In this document: positions 46,484-57,812 of the stretch, in pieces
Layout: each line of letters opens with the position of its first letter
Numbering within the stretch: the first letter of the stretch is position 1
Origin: Macrostomum hystrix
Taxonomy: Eukaryota > Animalia > Platyhelminthes
DNA length: 64,000 nt
Reading direction: 5' to 3'
NCBI GenBank assembly: GCA_950097015.1
Contig: CATNEN010000038.1
Coordinates: 29,698,001 to 29,762,000, forward strand
Translations under genes and position numbers: made by a program
Notes under the pieces: generated by a model
Seen by the model: only the letters and a program-made list of their open reading frames with translations
Databases searched by the model: none
Told to the model about the DNA's origin: nothing

Positions 46484-48491
46484 TCGAACAGCAAGCCCAC
46501 CTCATCGTCCACCGCCGCTAAGCGTGTCGGCGGCGGCGTCAGCAGTGGCGACAATCACAGCAGCGACAGTCTGGGCAGCACAGCCACCAACGAGCGCATC
46601 TTAAAAGAGTGTCATCACCTTTACGCCAACAATGAGAATGGCCTGGTCAAACTAGGCCAGCTAGTCAACGTAAAACTTCTGCCGCCGCGAAAGAAAATAA
46701 CTGTTCTGCTGATTGGCAACCACTCGGCTGGCAAAAGTGCATTCATCAATTGGTACATCGAGAAGCAGATTCAGAAGGAGGGCGTCGCCATAGAGACACA
46801 GGGCATCACCATAGTAACGCAGGGAAAGAGGCGAGAATCATTAAGCGGCAATGCCACAATGCATTTGTTTCCGCAATTGGCACCGTTAGCCAAATTCGAC
46901 GGCGCAGTCTCAAATTTGAGTACTGAGCTATGTGACAGCATTGCTAAACGATTCGCTCTTGTGACCTTCATTGACACGCCTGGATTAGTTGACGGCTCAA
47001 TGTCGTACGCCTTCGACGTCAATCAAGTGCTGCTTTGGCTAGCTGTACAAGCAGATTTAGTGTTCGCATTCTTCGACCCGATTGGTCAGGCGTTGTGCAA
47101 AAGAACAATGCAGATTCTAGCCGAAATTGGCGATAAAATCGATCGCGATCGCATTGTATTCTTTCTTAGCAAAGCTGACGAGAGTGGAGATGAGACTGAC
47201 AGGCAGCGGGTGCTGATGCAGATCACTCAGGAGGTCTGCAAATGGCCTTCTTTGAATCGCACCTGCTTTGACATTCACACTATCTATAATCCGAATCGAG
47301 CTAAGCCTACTAGATGCGTCAATCAAATCGATGAAGCTGCTAAGACTATTGATAAGGCCATTCAAATGACGCTGCAGCATACGCTAAACGCGCTTGAGCA
47401 GGATTGCAAGGTAAGCAAATTTTAAGAGAGATTTTATTAACGACAGCTATTGACACATTTTTGGTAGTGATATGCTGTCTCAGTCCAAGAACAATTTCAA
47501 TAAACAGCGACAGTGGCCGCATGGACTGCTTAAACCGTATCTCAGCATTGATCTCAGCCTTGGGAAAATTGATAATTTCTATCCTCAATTTCAACATCCG
47601 TACGAGCTAGTCTGCCATGGCCGGGACAGACATTTCACCAGTCCGCGGACTGAACAGCTGGTTTGCAGCCTTTTCTATCTATATCTAAAGTGTTAGGTAG
47701 CGGGTCGTTAGTTCGAATCCTAACCGAGGATTTATATTGTATTAATTTCGGGCGCCGCTTCGGACAGAAGATTCTCAGGTCTTGTCGTGCAATTTACACC
47801 ATTGAGGGCCAACCTCCTCCAATGTAGAGTGAGATGTGTACACTGCCTGACGATGAGAAAATCAGGGCAGGTATACACACACCTGTGTGAGCGTGTGCAC
47901 AGGAGTCAGCGGAATGCGAAGAATTGCCTTCTCGCTGGCTGCGGGTCTAGTGTCACTATATGATTTGCCATTACCCACTGCACTCCTGCAATTAGTACTA
48001 TTATCATAATATGGGAATAATAACAGGAAAAAATCCCTCCCACCTGTCGCACCCAGCTGATTTCCCGGCGTTGCCACGAGGATCTGGCAGCCGACGGCGC
48101 TCGCGGTCGCGCCAACTGGGCAGCCAGATTTCGCTTCCTCCTTCTGAGCATGTTCGCCCTAATTCTCCCAGCTTTGCTAGCTGTGTGCGTCTCCGAGCCG
48201 ATTGTCATCCAGTTGCTAGGCTATTCGACTCCTTTGCACGACACCTTGGTGCCGCTCTATCGTCGCCTACCATCGGATTACATTCCTCACCTGTGGGGCG
48301 GAGTCGGCCTAGTGACCCTCGTATGCTTCCTATTAGCTCGCTGGTGCGGCCGTACCGCTAAACGATTCAGCCGGGCCGAACGGCGCCAGCTAATTCAGGT
48401 CAGCGAGCACGTGACCGGTTTCGTGGAAAATCAACGCAAAGATTTGTACACGGCCTATCTAAAGCAGAGTGTGAAAGATTCCGATTTCTAG
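46484..48491 (+). CDS. EHD/sarcalumenin/dynamin-like P-loop GTPase with two C-terminal TM segments (no genomic start codon found)
   Basis: Exons 46484-47410 and 48057-48491 join in phase 0. G1 LIGNHSAGKSAFINWY, G3 FIDTPGL, G4-like FLSKAD. Confidence 0.85.
47695..47995 (+). mobile_element. SINE family A, diverged copy in an intron
   Basis: gttcgaatcc, cttgtcgtgcaattt, gtgtacactgcctgacgatgagaaa, ctggctgcgggtctagtgtcac. Confidence 0.72.
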
Positions 48492-48846
48492 GCTTTCGCT
48501 TTTAACCAAATGTCTTACGTTGCTCTGAATTCAATTCTTATCTATTATAGAAATCAAATATCAAAGCCTTTGTCTTATATTGCTGACATGTCGTTTCGCA
48601 ATACTCTACAACAAAAATCACAGAATTACATTTGGTTGTTGGATTTTTGTTTGGGTTGCCTATTTTTTCTGTCTAGCTCTCTATTTCACTTTTTTATTTT
48701 AATCTGGATTGTTATTAAAAAAATCATATTTTGTTACGACAAAAAACTGTTTCTGTTTCATCTGGCATCACTTCTGCTTTTTTATTTTAGTCTGATTCCA
48801 GTATAATGTCATATTTGTTACCAATTTTTGTCCTGTGAATAACAAA

Positions 48847-49635
48847 CTTGACTCACTAGATGCAGCTTGACCCACTAGATGTAGGTTGACTCACTAGATG
48901 CAGCTTGACCCACTAGATGTAGGTTGACTCACTAGATGCAGCTTGACCCACTAGATGTAGGTTGACTCACTAGATGCAGCTTGACCCACTAGATGTAGGT
49001 TGACTCACTAGATGCAGCTTGACCCACTAGATGTAGGTTGACTCACTAGATGCAGCTTGACCCACTAGATGTAGGTTGACTCACTAGATGCAGCTTGACC
49101 CACTAGATGTAGGTTGACTCACTAGATGCAGCTTGACCCACTAGATGTAGGTTGACTCACTAGATGCAGCTTGACCCACTAGATGTAGGTTGACTCACTA
49201 GATGCAGCTTGACCCACTAGATGTAGGTTGACTCACTAGATGCAGCTTGACCCACTAGATGTAGGTTGACTCACTAGATGCAGCTTGACCCACTAGATGT
49301 AGGTTGACTCACTAGATGCAGCTTGACCCACTAGATGTAGGTTGACTCACTAGATGCAGCTTGACCCACTAGATGTAGGTTGACTCACTAGATGCAGCTT
49401 GACCCACTAGATGTAGGTTGACTCACTAGATAAAGCTTGACCCACTAGATGTAGGTTGACTCACTAGATAAAGCTTGACCCACTAGATGTAGGTTGACTC
49501 ACTAGATGCAGCTTGACCCACTAGATGTAGGTTGACTCACTAGATAAAGTTTGACCCACTAGATCTAGCTTGACCCATTAGATGTAGCTTGACCCACTAA
49601 ATCTAACTTTGACACACTAGATTTAGCTTGACCCA
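48847..49635. repeat. 40-bp (2x20) minisatellite
   Basis: TTGACTCACTAGATGCAGC-TTGACCCACTAGATGTAGG-type units. Confidence 0.95.
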
Positions 49636-50080
49636 GCCAAAGTAGGCTTGAATACTTTTTGTGACGCAAATTGATTTGATGCAAATCTACTTTTCTAAGT
49701 TTGAAATCCATCATGCAATGTTGTTTGTCTTCACTTCCACCTAAATTCAAATAATTAAGTGCAATGACGCACAGTGCCATTGTTCGTTGCAAACTTATCA
49801 TATTAATAGAAAAGGTAAGTTTTATCTGCTTATATTTCATACCCTAAATTTCGGTTATTTTTGGTTTCGGTGGGCAAACTTTTACTATATTATTATTAGT
49901 AGGATCGTTTGTTTTTTGTAGTGTTTCATTTACCAAATGGCTTCAAAGTTATTTCTAATTCGAATTATTTACTTTAAAAATACCTAAAATAAAAAAATCG
50001 TCACTAAATATCGTTTCGTCTTATTTGTCGGCCAACTCAGCGAGTTTTGTTAGATTTATTTCCGACATGTCTTCTATTAA

Positions 50081-50600
50081 CAGTAGGACTACCAAGCCAT
50101 TTTGCCCCCCTTTTTTATACCAAGGGGGGAATTCCCCCCTGAGAACATTTTTTGGCAGCGCCTGAAAGCTAACCGCGTAGGGTGGTGACTGGTTGACAGA
50201 CTAGGCGATGGTGTACTGTAGTTGAGCTGCATGCGCCTAATATTTAGGCTTCAGCAGTGAAATTTAAGAAATTCGCGTCAGCGTGTCCAGAGTGGCCTAT
50301 TTCCACATTTTTTGCATTTGAAGGTCCCGCAGTCCGTCTAGATAAAGGTAGGTGACCACCAAAGACGGAGATGATGCAGGCACATTCGGGTGACGTGCTG
50401 ATTAATTTTGAAGGCCCGGCAAGGCCGCACTGAGGCGCAGTGCAAATTCGTGTATAGGGGTGTATGAAATACACTAGCTCTTATGGGAAAAATCGGACCT
50501 TCGGCCAGAAACATTGAATATCTCGACGGTCTGAAGAGCTGGTGACTTGATTCTTGTTTCAGAAGATGCGCAACCAAAAGTTGGCCCGTGTTCTTGAGTA
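50081..50600 (-). mobile_element. non-autonomous DNA transposon remnant
   Basis: About 420 bp (50175-50598) is the reverse complement of 54186-54610; terminus CAGTAGGACTACCAA. Confidence 0.7.
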
Positions 50601-50988
50601 CCCCCTAGGTATTCACCACAGCCTTCAAGATAGTTCCCAAATCGATTTTTAGTAAAAGTCCATTTTATGGATCAAAATTTCCCGCCCTTTACGATTAACT
50701 GTAACATTCAAAGCCGTTGCATCGAGATATTCAACGATTCTTGTCGAATACCCTGGTGACAAGGACAGCTAATATAGGCTATTAAAAACACGTACTAGCC
50801 AATCCATATTGGGTCATTCTTTCGTATTTTTGAACATTATTGGAACATATGTTAGGGTACATAAGAATGGTACTGAAAACTAGTTTCTAGATTCAGAGCT
50901 CCATGCTTCACCATAGCTGCTTAAAATGTTGATTACTTTGTACTTTTATACCAGATTTATCATTCTCTGTCTCTCTGATTCCTTTCAG

Positions 50989-53900
50989 CGAGGCATATCA
51001 GGCGTTGGCCCTTCAATTCGCCAGATGGCTGCTTCTACAGCGGCAGCTTCGCCTTCCGCAGTCGTCCAGCCGTCCAGTTCTCGCTACCGACGCCGTCTTC
51101 GCAGTCGAAAGCGTCGACGATTTTTTCGTCGCCTCCTTCGCGGCACTGCCGGCGTGGCTTGCCTGACTGGCGCCGCCTTCCTGACTGTATTCGGCGGCCA
51201 TTTGGCCCGGATCATTGCCGAAGCCGCCGTGCGACCTCGACCGCCGCCAAGGCCAACGCAGCCACGGCTGTCGTTAACAGCGTTGCCGACTGTGTCTTCG
51301 CTTTTGTTTTCATCGACGACCGAGCACGGTCAGCCCCAGCCGAGCTTGTTGGGCTACGCTGATAGGCCATTTCTAGTCGTGTACACCGCGGCCTGTGTCA
51401 TGTCCCTCCTGCTAGTTGGTTTCGCCTGCCTACCTGGCTGGTGGCAGCCGCGAAGGCTGAGTCCGCGGCGAAGTCGGCGACGCTGGCGAGCTCAAGCGAT
51501 CGATGACGCGGCGGAGGACGACGATGTCGGATACGACCATTTTGGTTCCACGGCTGCTGAAGCTGCGGCTGTCAGCAAAGCGGAGGAGGCTAAATTGGTG
51601 AGCTTGAACTGTCTAAAGTGAATTGCGTGCTTTATCGTGTGGCTTTTCTGTTTGACTTCCCAGATGCCCAAATGTTGTTGTCTACTTTCTCCGGCCGACT
51701 CCCAAATCCTGTCGTCTAACTTCCCAGATCCCAAAATTCTATCATCTAACTTTTCAAATCCCCAAATTCTATCTTCTGGCTTCCCAAATCCCCAAATTCA
51801 ATATTCTGACTACCCAGATCTCCAAATTCAATCGTCAAACTTCCCAAATCCCCAATTTCTATCTTCTGGCTTCCCAGATCCCCAAAAATTCTATCTTGTT
51901 ACTTCCCAGATCCCCAAATTCTATCTTCTAACCTCATCTGTCCTCAAATTATTTCTTTATAACGTAATAATCGTTCATCATTTTTTCCCGATAGTTCTAC
52001 TCCAAAATTTTAGCTCTTCGTTGAAAAAAAGGAATAAATATTTTCCTTTTTATGATTTTAAAATCTACATTTAATTGCAGAGTGACCCGCACTACGTACC
52101 TGTACAGTTCGACTCAAGCAGTACCGAAGTGGACATCTACGCCAGCTTAAACGCTGATTATCCCATCGCCAGTAGACCGCATAGTGGAGCATCTGGCGCG
52201 GCCGCAGACGAAGCCTCGCCGCTGTTGCCGTCGCCCTCCTCGCTGCCGCCTCAGCATCATTTCTTCTCCGGCGGTGGTCGCAGGCGAGCTCGCGGAGTTC
52301 GCTTCTCGCGCGTCTCCGAGGTTCGGCAATTGAGCGAAAGCGAAGCTCACTCCGCCTCAATGGCTCGCATGTCCTATCAGGCATATCGGAGAGCTATCGA
52401 GAACTCGTTGGAAGCTACAGAGGAATTAGAAGAAGACGAGGATGCGGATGACGACGGATCTGATGAGGATTCCTACGAGGATTTCAATTCGGGAAATCGG
52501 GATATTGTTGATAGCGTTGAAGGACGCGTACTGCCGACTGGGTCGGATAGAAGTGAACTTCAAGCGGGTGTAGCATCGGGAGCTGCAGTATCTAATGGCC
52601 TAGTTGTTTTATCTGTTGTCGATACTGGAAAGGTTAGTGTAAAAGTTACTATTATTTTTTAAGCCCCTAAAAAGGCCGTTTTAAACATTTTCGCTTTTCC
52701 TAAATGTCTCGATAAGTTATTTTCCTTGTCTGTTGCAAAATTGGCAGAAAGTTTGAATATATTTGTTATCAATAGAAAACAAATGTTACTTCTGTGCGTG
52801 TCGTGTTTGTAGTATTGGCTCATCCGATATGTATCGAAAAGTATAAAACGATTTTTACTGTGCTTTCTACTATAATAATACGATATTCTATTCTTATACA
52901 CTAATACATTCAAAACTCGATATTGCATCGGTCTATCGATAAATGATACATAAAAATCATTCCAGTACAACTTTTTGCCACCCGATATGTATAGAAAAAA
53001 AGTTTTTTCTGTTTTTTTCTTAGGTCTAACTTATAGAAAAAATACGTACCACCATTTCACAATCCAGCTGGCACTAATGTTCGCCCCGATGTGGTTCCTA
53101 TCCGCCTGGTGCCTGTTAGAATCCCAGCGTCAATGGCTACCAACTCAGTCTGGTGTGACATTTATTTTCGCTTCAATTACTCCTCTGGCCGGCCTGCTGT
53201 TGTCTACGATCTTCCCGTCTGCATCAGCGGCCCGCGCCAGCTCTGCCATGCTGACTAAGACCGCCACCGTTCTGCTTGGAATCGGCGCCGCTTTCATAGT
53301 CGCCTGGCCTCAGTTGGATGCCAATTTTAGGCGGCACAATGCCGAAGCCGGCGCTCTCTGGGGCGCTTTGATTGCCGCTCTGGGTGCCCTCTGTATCGCC
53401 GCCTGCCTGGCGGGACTTCGCCGCAGGGCGCCACGATTGGCCTCGCTGCCTTCGCTGCTGATGCTCTGCGGTAAGACTGACTGTCCTCAGGTGGCCATGG
53501 GGTGTGGAGGGACTGTTTAAGATTGACTTCACCTTAAGGTCGGGGGTTCGATTCCCGACTTCAGTAAAACAATTTAAGTATTTTAGCAAAAACCGAACTC
53601 TGCATTGCTCTCTACATTGCTTCCGGCAAATCCAGCCTTTAAATGGGCACCAGCGTTGTTATTTCCAGTTCTAATTTACAAATTGCCCTCCAAAACCTGC
53701 CCCTCGCCAGGCTTCGTCGGCTTAGCGAGCTGTCTGATCATGTGGCCAGGATTTTTCATCCTGCACTACAGCAATCTAGAGCAATTTCAACTGCCCAATG
53801 CTACTAATTGGGGCCGGTTTATTGTGCAAGGCGTTGCCGGTGTGGCGTTGCCCGAGCTACTGCTACTGGTGTGAGTAGGCTTGTTCGTATATCATGAGAA

Positions 53901-55072
53901 TAGCTGATAACTATCAATAAACGAAAGGGAATTTGTGTCAATCAGCATTTATTATGCTCTTTTTCTTTCACTTCTTACAGAGGCTGTTATCTTACAAGCA
54001 GCCTGTCAGCCTGCATGTCCTTCACCTTGGCTGTGCCATTGGCTTACGCTGCCGGGTTGGCCTTTTTGCATATTGTGAGTTTTCATCCTAATTTATGCGT
54101 TTATTAACAGTAGAACTACCAACGGGGAAATTCCCCCTGACAACTTTTTTGTGCTGCACCCGAACGGAGCAACGCAAGTACACGAAACTCAAGAACAGGG
54201 GCCAACTTTTTGTTGCGCATCTTCTGAAACAAGAATCAAGTCGTCAGCTTTTCAGACTGTCGAGATATTCAATGTTTTTGGCCAAAGGTCTGATTTTTCC
54301 CATTAGCGCAAGTGTATTTCATACACCCCTATGCACGAATTAGCACTGCGCCTCAGTGCGGCCTATGCCAGGCCTTCAAAATTAATCAGCACGTCACCCG
54401 AGTGTGCCTGCATCATCTCCGTCTTTGGTGGTCACCTACCTTTATCTAGACGGATTTGTTGGACCTTCAAGGGCTACAACAGGTGGAACTAGGCCACTAT
54501 AGACACCCTGACACGAATTTCTCCAATTTCACTGATCAAGCCTAAATATTAGGCGCAGCTCAACCACAGGACGCCCTCGCCTAGGCTGTCAACCAATCAG
54601 TCACCACCCAACGCTGTTGGCATTGTTAGTCCTAATGGTAATACTTCCGATATGTATCGAAAAAATTGATTCCTGTACCAATTTTCAACAGCCAGCCTCG
54701 GAAGTCTGGCGCATCGGCCTAGGCGGTCCGCTCACTCTGGTCGCCTTCCTGGCCGTCGCGCTGTGGTTGCCTCGAATCCGCGCAGACGCCGGCGATCCCC
54801 TGCTGCGAGCGCTGATCGCCTGTCGAGATTTGTCTGCCCCCACCGGCGTACAACAGCTGTCATCGGGCAGTCTAAGCGACGGCGGCCAATCGCAGGATTG
54901 GCAAGGCCAGCAGAGTGCTCAGTCCGCTACCAGCAGCAGCAGCAGATCGTCCAGGGTTCGCGGACAGGTTCGCCGGCCCGTATCGGTGCCGGCCGCCGCA
55001 GCCATCGCCGCTGCCTCCGCCTCTGCGACCACATTGGCTGGATATCCGTCTTCGAGTTCGTCAATAAATTAG
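50989..55072 (+). CDS. SLC35F5: SLC35F5-like DMT-superfamily transporter
   Basis: Exons 50989-51597, 52081-52632, 53068-53470, 53711-53870, 53981-54074 and 54692-55072 join in frame. Motifs DRPFLVVY, LSDPHYVPVQF, GVRFSRVSEVRQLSESEAHSASMARMSY, GFVGL..MWPGFFILHY..EQFQLP, GCYLTSSL. Confidence 0.82.
51700..51930. repeat. 30-bp degenerate tandem repeat in an intron
   Basis: TTCCCAAATCCCCAAATTCTATCTTCTGGC-type units. Confidence 0.78.
53497..53660 (+). mobile_element. SINE family B fragment in an intron
   Basis: ggtcgggggttcgattccc, ctctgcattgct, aaatgggcaccagc. Confidence 0.6.
54108..54637 (+). mobile_element. non-autonomous DNA transposon (MITE-like) in an intron
   Basis: Imperfect TIRs CAGTAGAACTACCAA / TTGTTAGTCCTAATG; second copy at 50081-50600. 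Confidence 0.72.
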
Positions 55073-57812
55073 TAATTGTTTGCGGAATTCTCTAAATTAC
55101 TTCGCCCGATATGTGTCGAAAAAATGATTCATGCGGATAAATATTTTCTGTCTTTCTCGGATTGTACACAGTTTTTTCTATGCTAGTTGTTCACTATTTG
55201 CGCTGTTGGTCAATTTACAGTATATTTCAGGCTCATTAAAGTGTCCTTTTACTGATCGCGCTTCGCAGCCTTGATTTTATCAGTTAAGATTTTACTTCTT
55301 TGATTCCATGCCTGTATAGTTTCTGATTACCATTTGTAATCGATAGATGCGTATAACTGCGGGTTGTTTTGCATTGGAGGTTAGCCACCTTTTGGCTAAT
55401 TCTTTTTCTGAGATCTGAACATGTCTAGACGTTTTGTTTTGCCCGTCAAATAACTAATATATGTTCAGATATATATATCATTCAAACTAAAAATACTCTT
55501 GAATATATGTATTTGAAAAAATTGTTTATCATTAAAGGGGTTCGCTTTTAAACTCAGCACCCGATATGTTTCGAAAATAGTATGTATTGTTTACCAGTAA
55601 TTCATCTGTAATGATATTAATATTCAGTAACAACAGGTAAATTTTCATAGAACTGCTCAATTGAGTGCTGTTTTTATACTCACAATGAGCTAAATTCAGA
55701 GTTGTAAACGATTTCGATGTTCTTCGTATTGATATTCAGTTTATGAACTTTTTATTCTGGTATCGGCGTATTTTTTTCTTACCAGTCATTCTACAGTAGC
55801 AGAAGTTTGACCTAGTGTCAAGCGTTATTTTAGTTTTTATTCGCTTCAGTCGATTTTTAAAGTACAGTACTACGATTAGACATTCCACTGTAATTTACTC
55901 AAATTCCGCTTAAATTAAATGATTAAAGTTTAGGTTCAATAGAAAGCTTCTTTTCAAACTAAAAAACTAAAAACCGGCCGATATGTATCGAAAAAATGAA
56001 GTAAAATAGCTAATTCAGCTAGTTTTTCGGGTTGTAGTATTTGAAAAATGAACGTTTTTATATCGTGATATCGTGATTTCCCACTACAATTATATTTGTA
56101 CAATATTTCTGTCCTAAGACTCACAGTTCAAAAGTGCCTTTTGTAAGTAGGTTTGAAATTTTACAACATTTTTTCTTTTCTGCTAACTTGACGATTATTC
56201 TTGATTAGCCTGAAAGGTTTTCCGTCAAAATCGCCTCGGATTTTATCTGACATGACCGGTATTGTTAAAGGCATTACTTTGTAAAAAATATCTGGTGCTA
56301 AAAAACAATATACACATGCTTTATGCAATCATTTTGTGCCATTTGCAAGAAATTTTCCGATATTTTTAGTAACATTTAACCTATCAACTTATACTTTAAA
56401 AGAAATGAACACAATGTACGCATATTTTGTTTGATAATAAGTTTTGAAATAGATTTCAGTTTACTTTCGAAAAAACGAGCAAATTATATGTTTCGCCAAG
56501 CGAAGCTGTTGTAGTTAATAGCGAATGCGCACAAATACTATACGCATAGTCTTATTTAGGGAGGTTGTCAGTATTTCAGTATTATTATTATTGTTATATA
56601 GTTTGTTATAGAAAAATTGGACACTTAACAGAAAACTAGCACATTCAAACAATGAAACAGAAATATCGAGGTGGGACAAGGAACCAAAATACACATACTG
56701 TTGTACCAGTTGCAGCGTGCGATAGTTGTGTAGTTAGACGATAAATATTGCGAGCATTTTCGATGACGACGACGAAAACTAAAACTAATTTAATTAAATG
56801 CCGGATGGCAATGACAAAAATTGATTTCGAAGATGAATGGAAGATTGACTACTCGGGCATTTAACTAAAATTAAAGAAAAAGCTGTATATATCCCCTACA
56901 TGCTACTTATAATGTATCTAAAAATAATTATCTTGAATAGAAAGTAAGTTTTCAGTGAATTTAATTATTATTACTTTATTATCATACTTACGGAAAGTAG
57001 TAATTTTTGAAGGACATTGGTGTCTATTATTATCGCCAGGCAGGAAACTCATCCATTAAACAAATGAAGACGTTTTTACCATATTATTAGAACGAATTGA
57101 ACAGCAAAGTTTTATTTGTTAGGCTTTTGTTTTAACCGCTCCGTAAATATAATTTTCTGACATTTTAAGACCGTCTGATTACTGCGACTTGAAAGAAGAA
57201 AAAGCAAACAATGAGACACAAAAATCAGCAATGCGGAGAAAAACTACTGTTACAACTGCTTTTAGCGGTTGTAACAGAGAAAAGTAAACGGGACTGCGAA
57301 TTTGGGGACAAGTGAGCTTTGAATAGCAGATTTGTACTAATATTACGATCAGGAATATATTAAGGGGTGTGTCGGACTGTATTTTAAACTGTTAAGCTAC
57401 TTAAAGTAAGCGAGTCAATAAAATGTTGACATATTGCTTCTGAATTGAATAATTGATTTCGGCACATGCCAGACGACACACGGCGGTATCGAAAATTTGC
57501 AGTCCGGGTGGGATAGAGCATGACTTGAACTTAGGAGGCGGAAAACAAGACAGGACAGAATATTTTCAGAGATATTTTTGCAGACAGGCAGACTTGACAC
57601 CGACTTTTAGATTTGTGTTGTTTGTTTGCTCATAAACAGAAATATTTTCAGACAATGTGGGTTTAAATTGGTGTACGGGCTAATTGTATTATATTTGTCC
57701 CAAATTGGACACTGAATAACAGAATGTTTGATTTCAGACTTAATATTTCATCTCGCGTTGAATTTTGACTTTTTTTAGGCGCTGTCAAAGCATGTAACAT
57801 TGCTCAGCGTGG

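Noticed and set aside
55230-55240. GGCTCATTAAA in the SLC35F5 3' region as an mRNA target of family A
   Set aside because: Only about 9 nt pair with the guide; expected by chance in AT-rich DNA.
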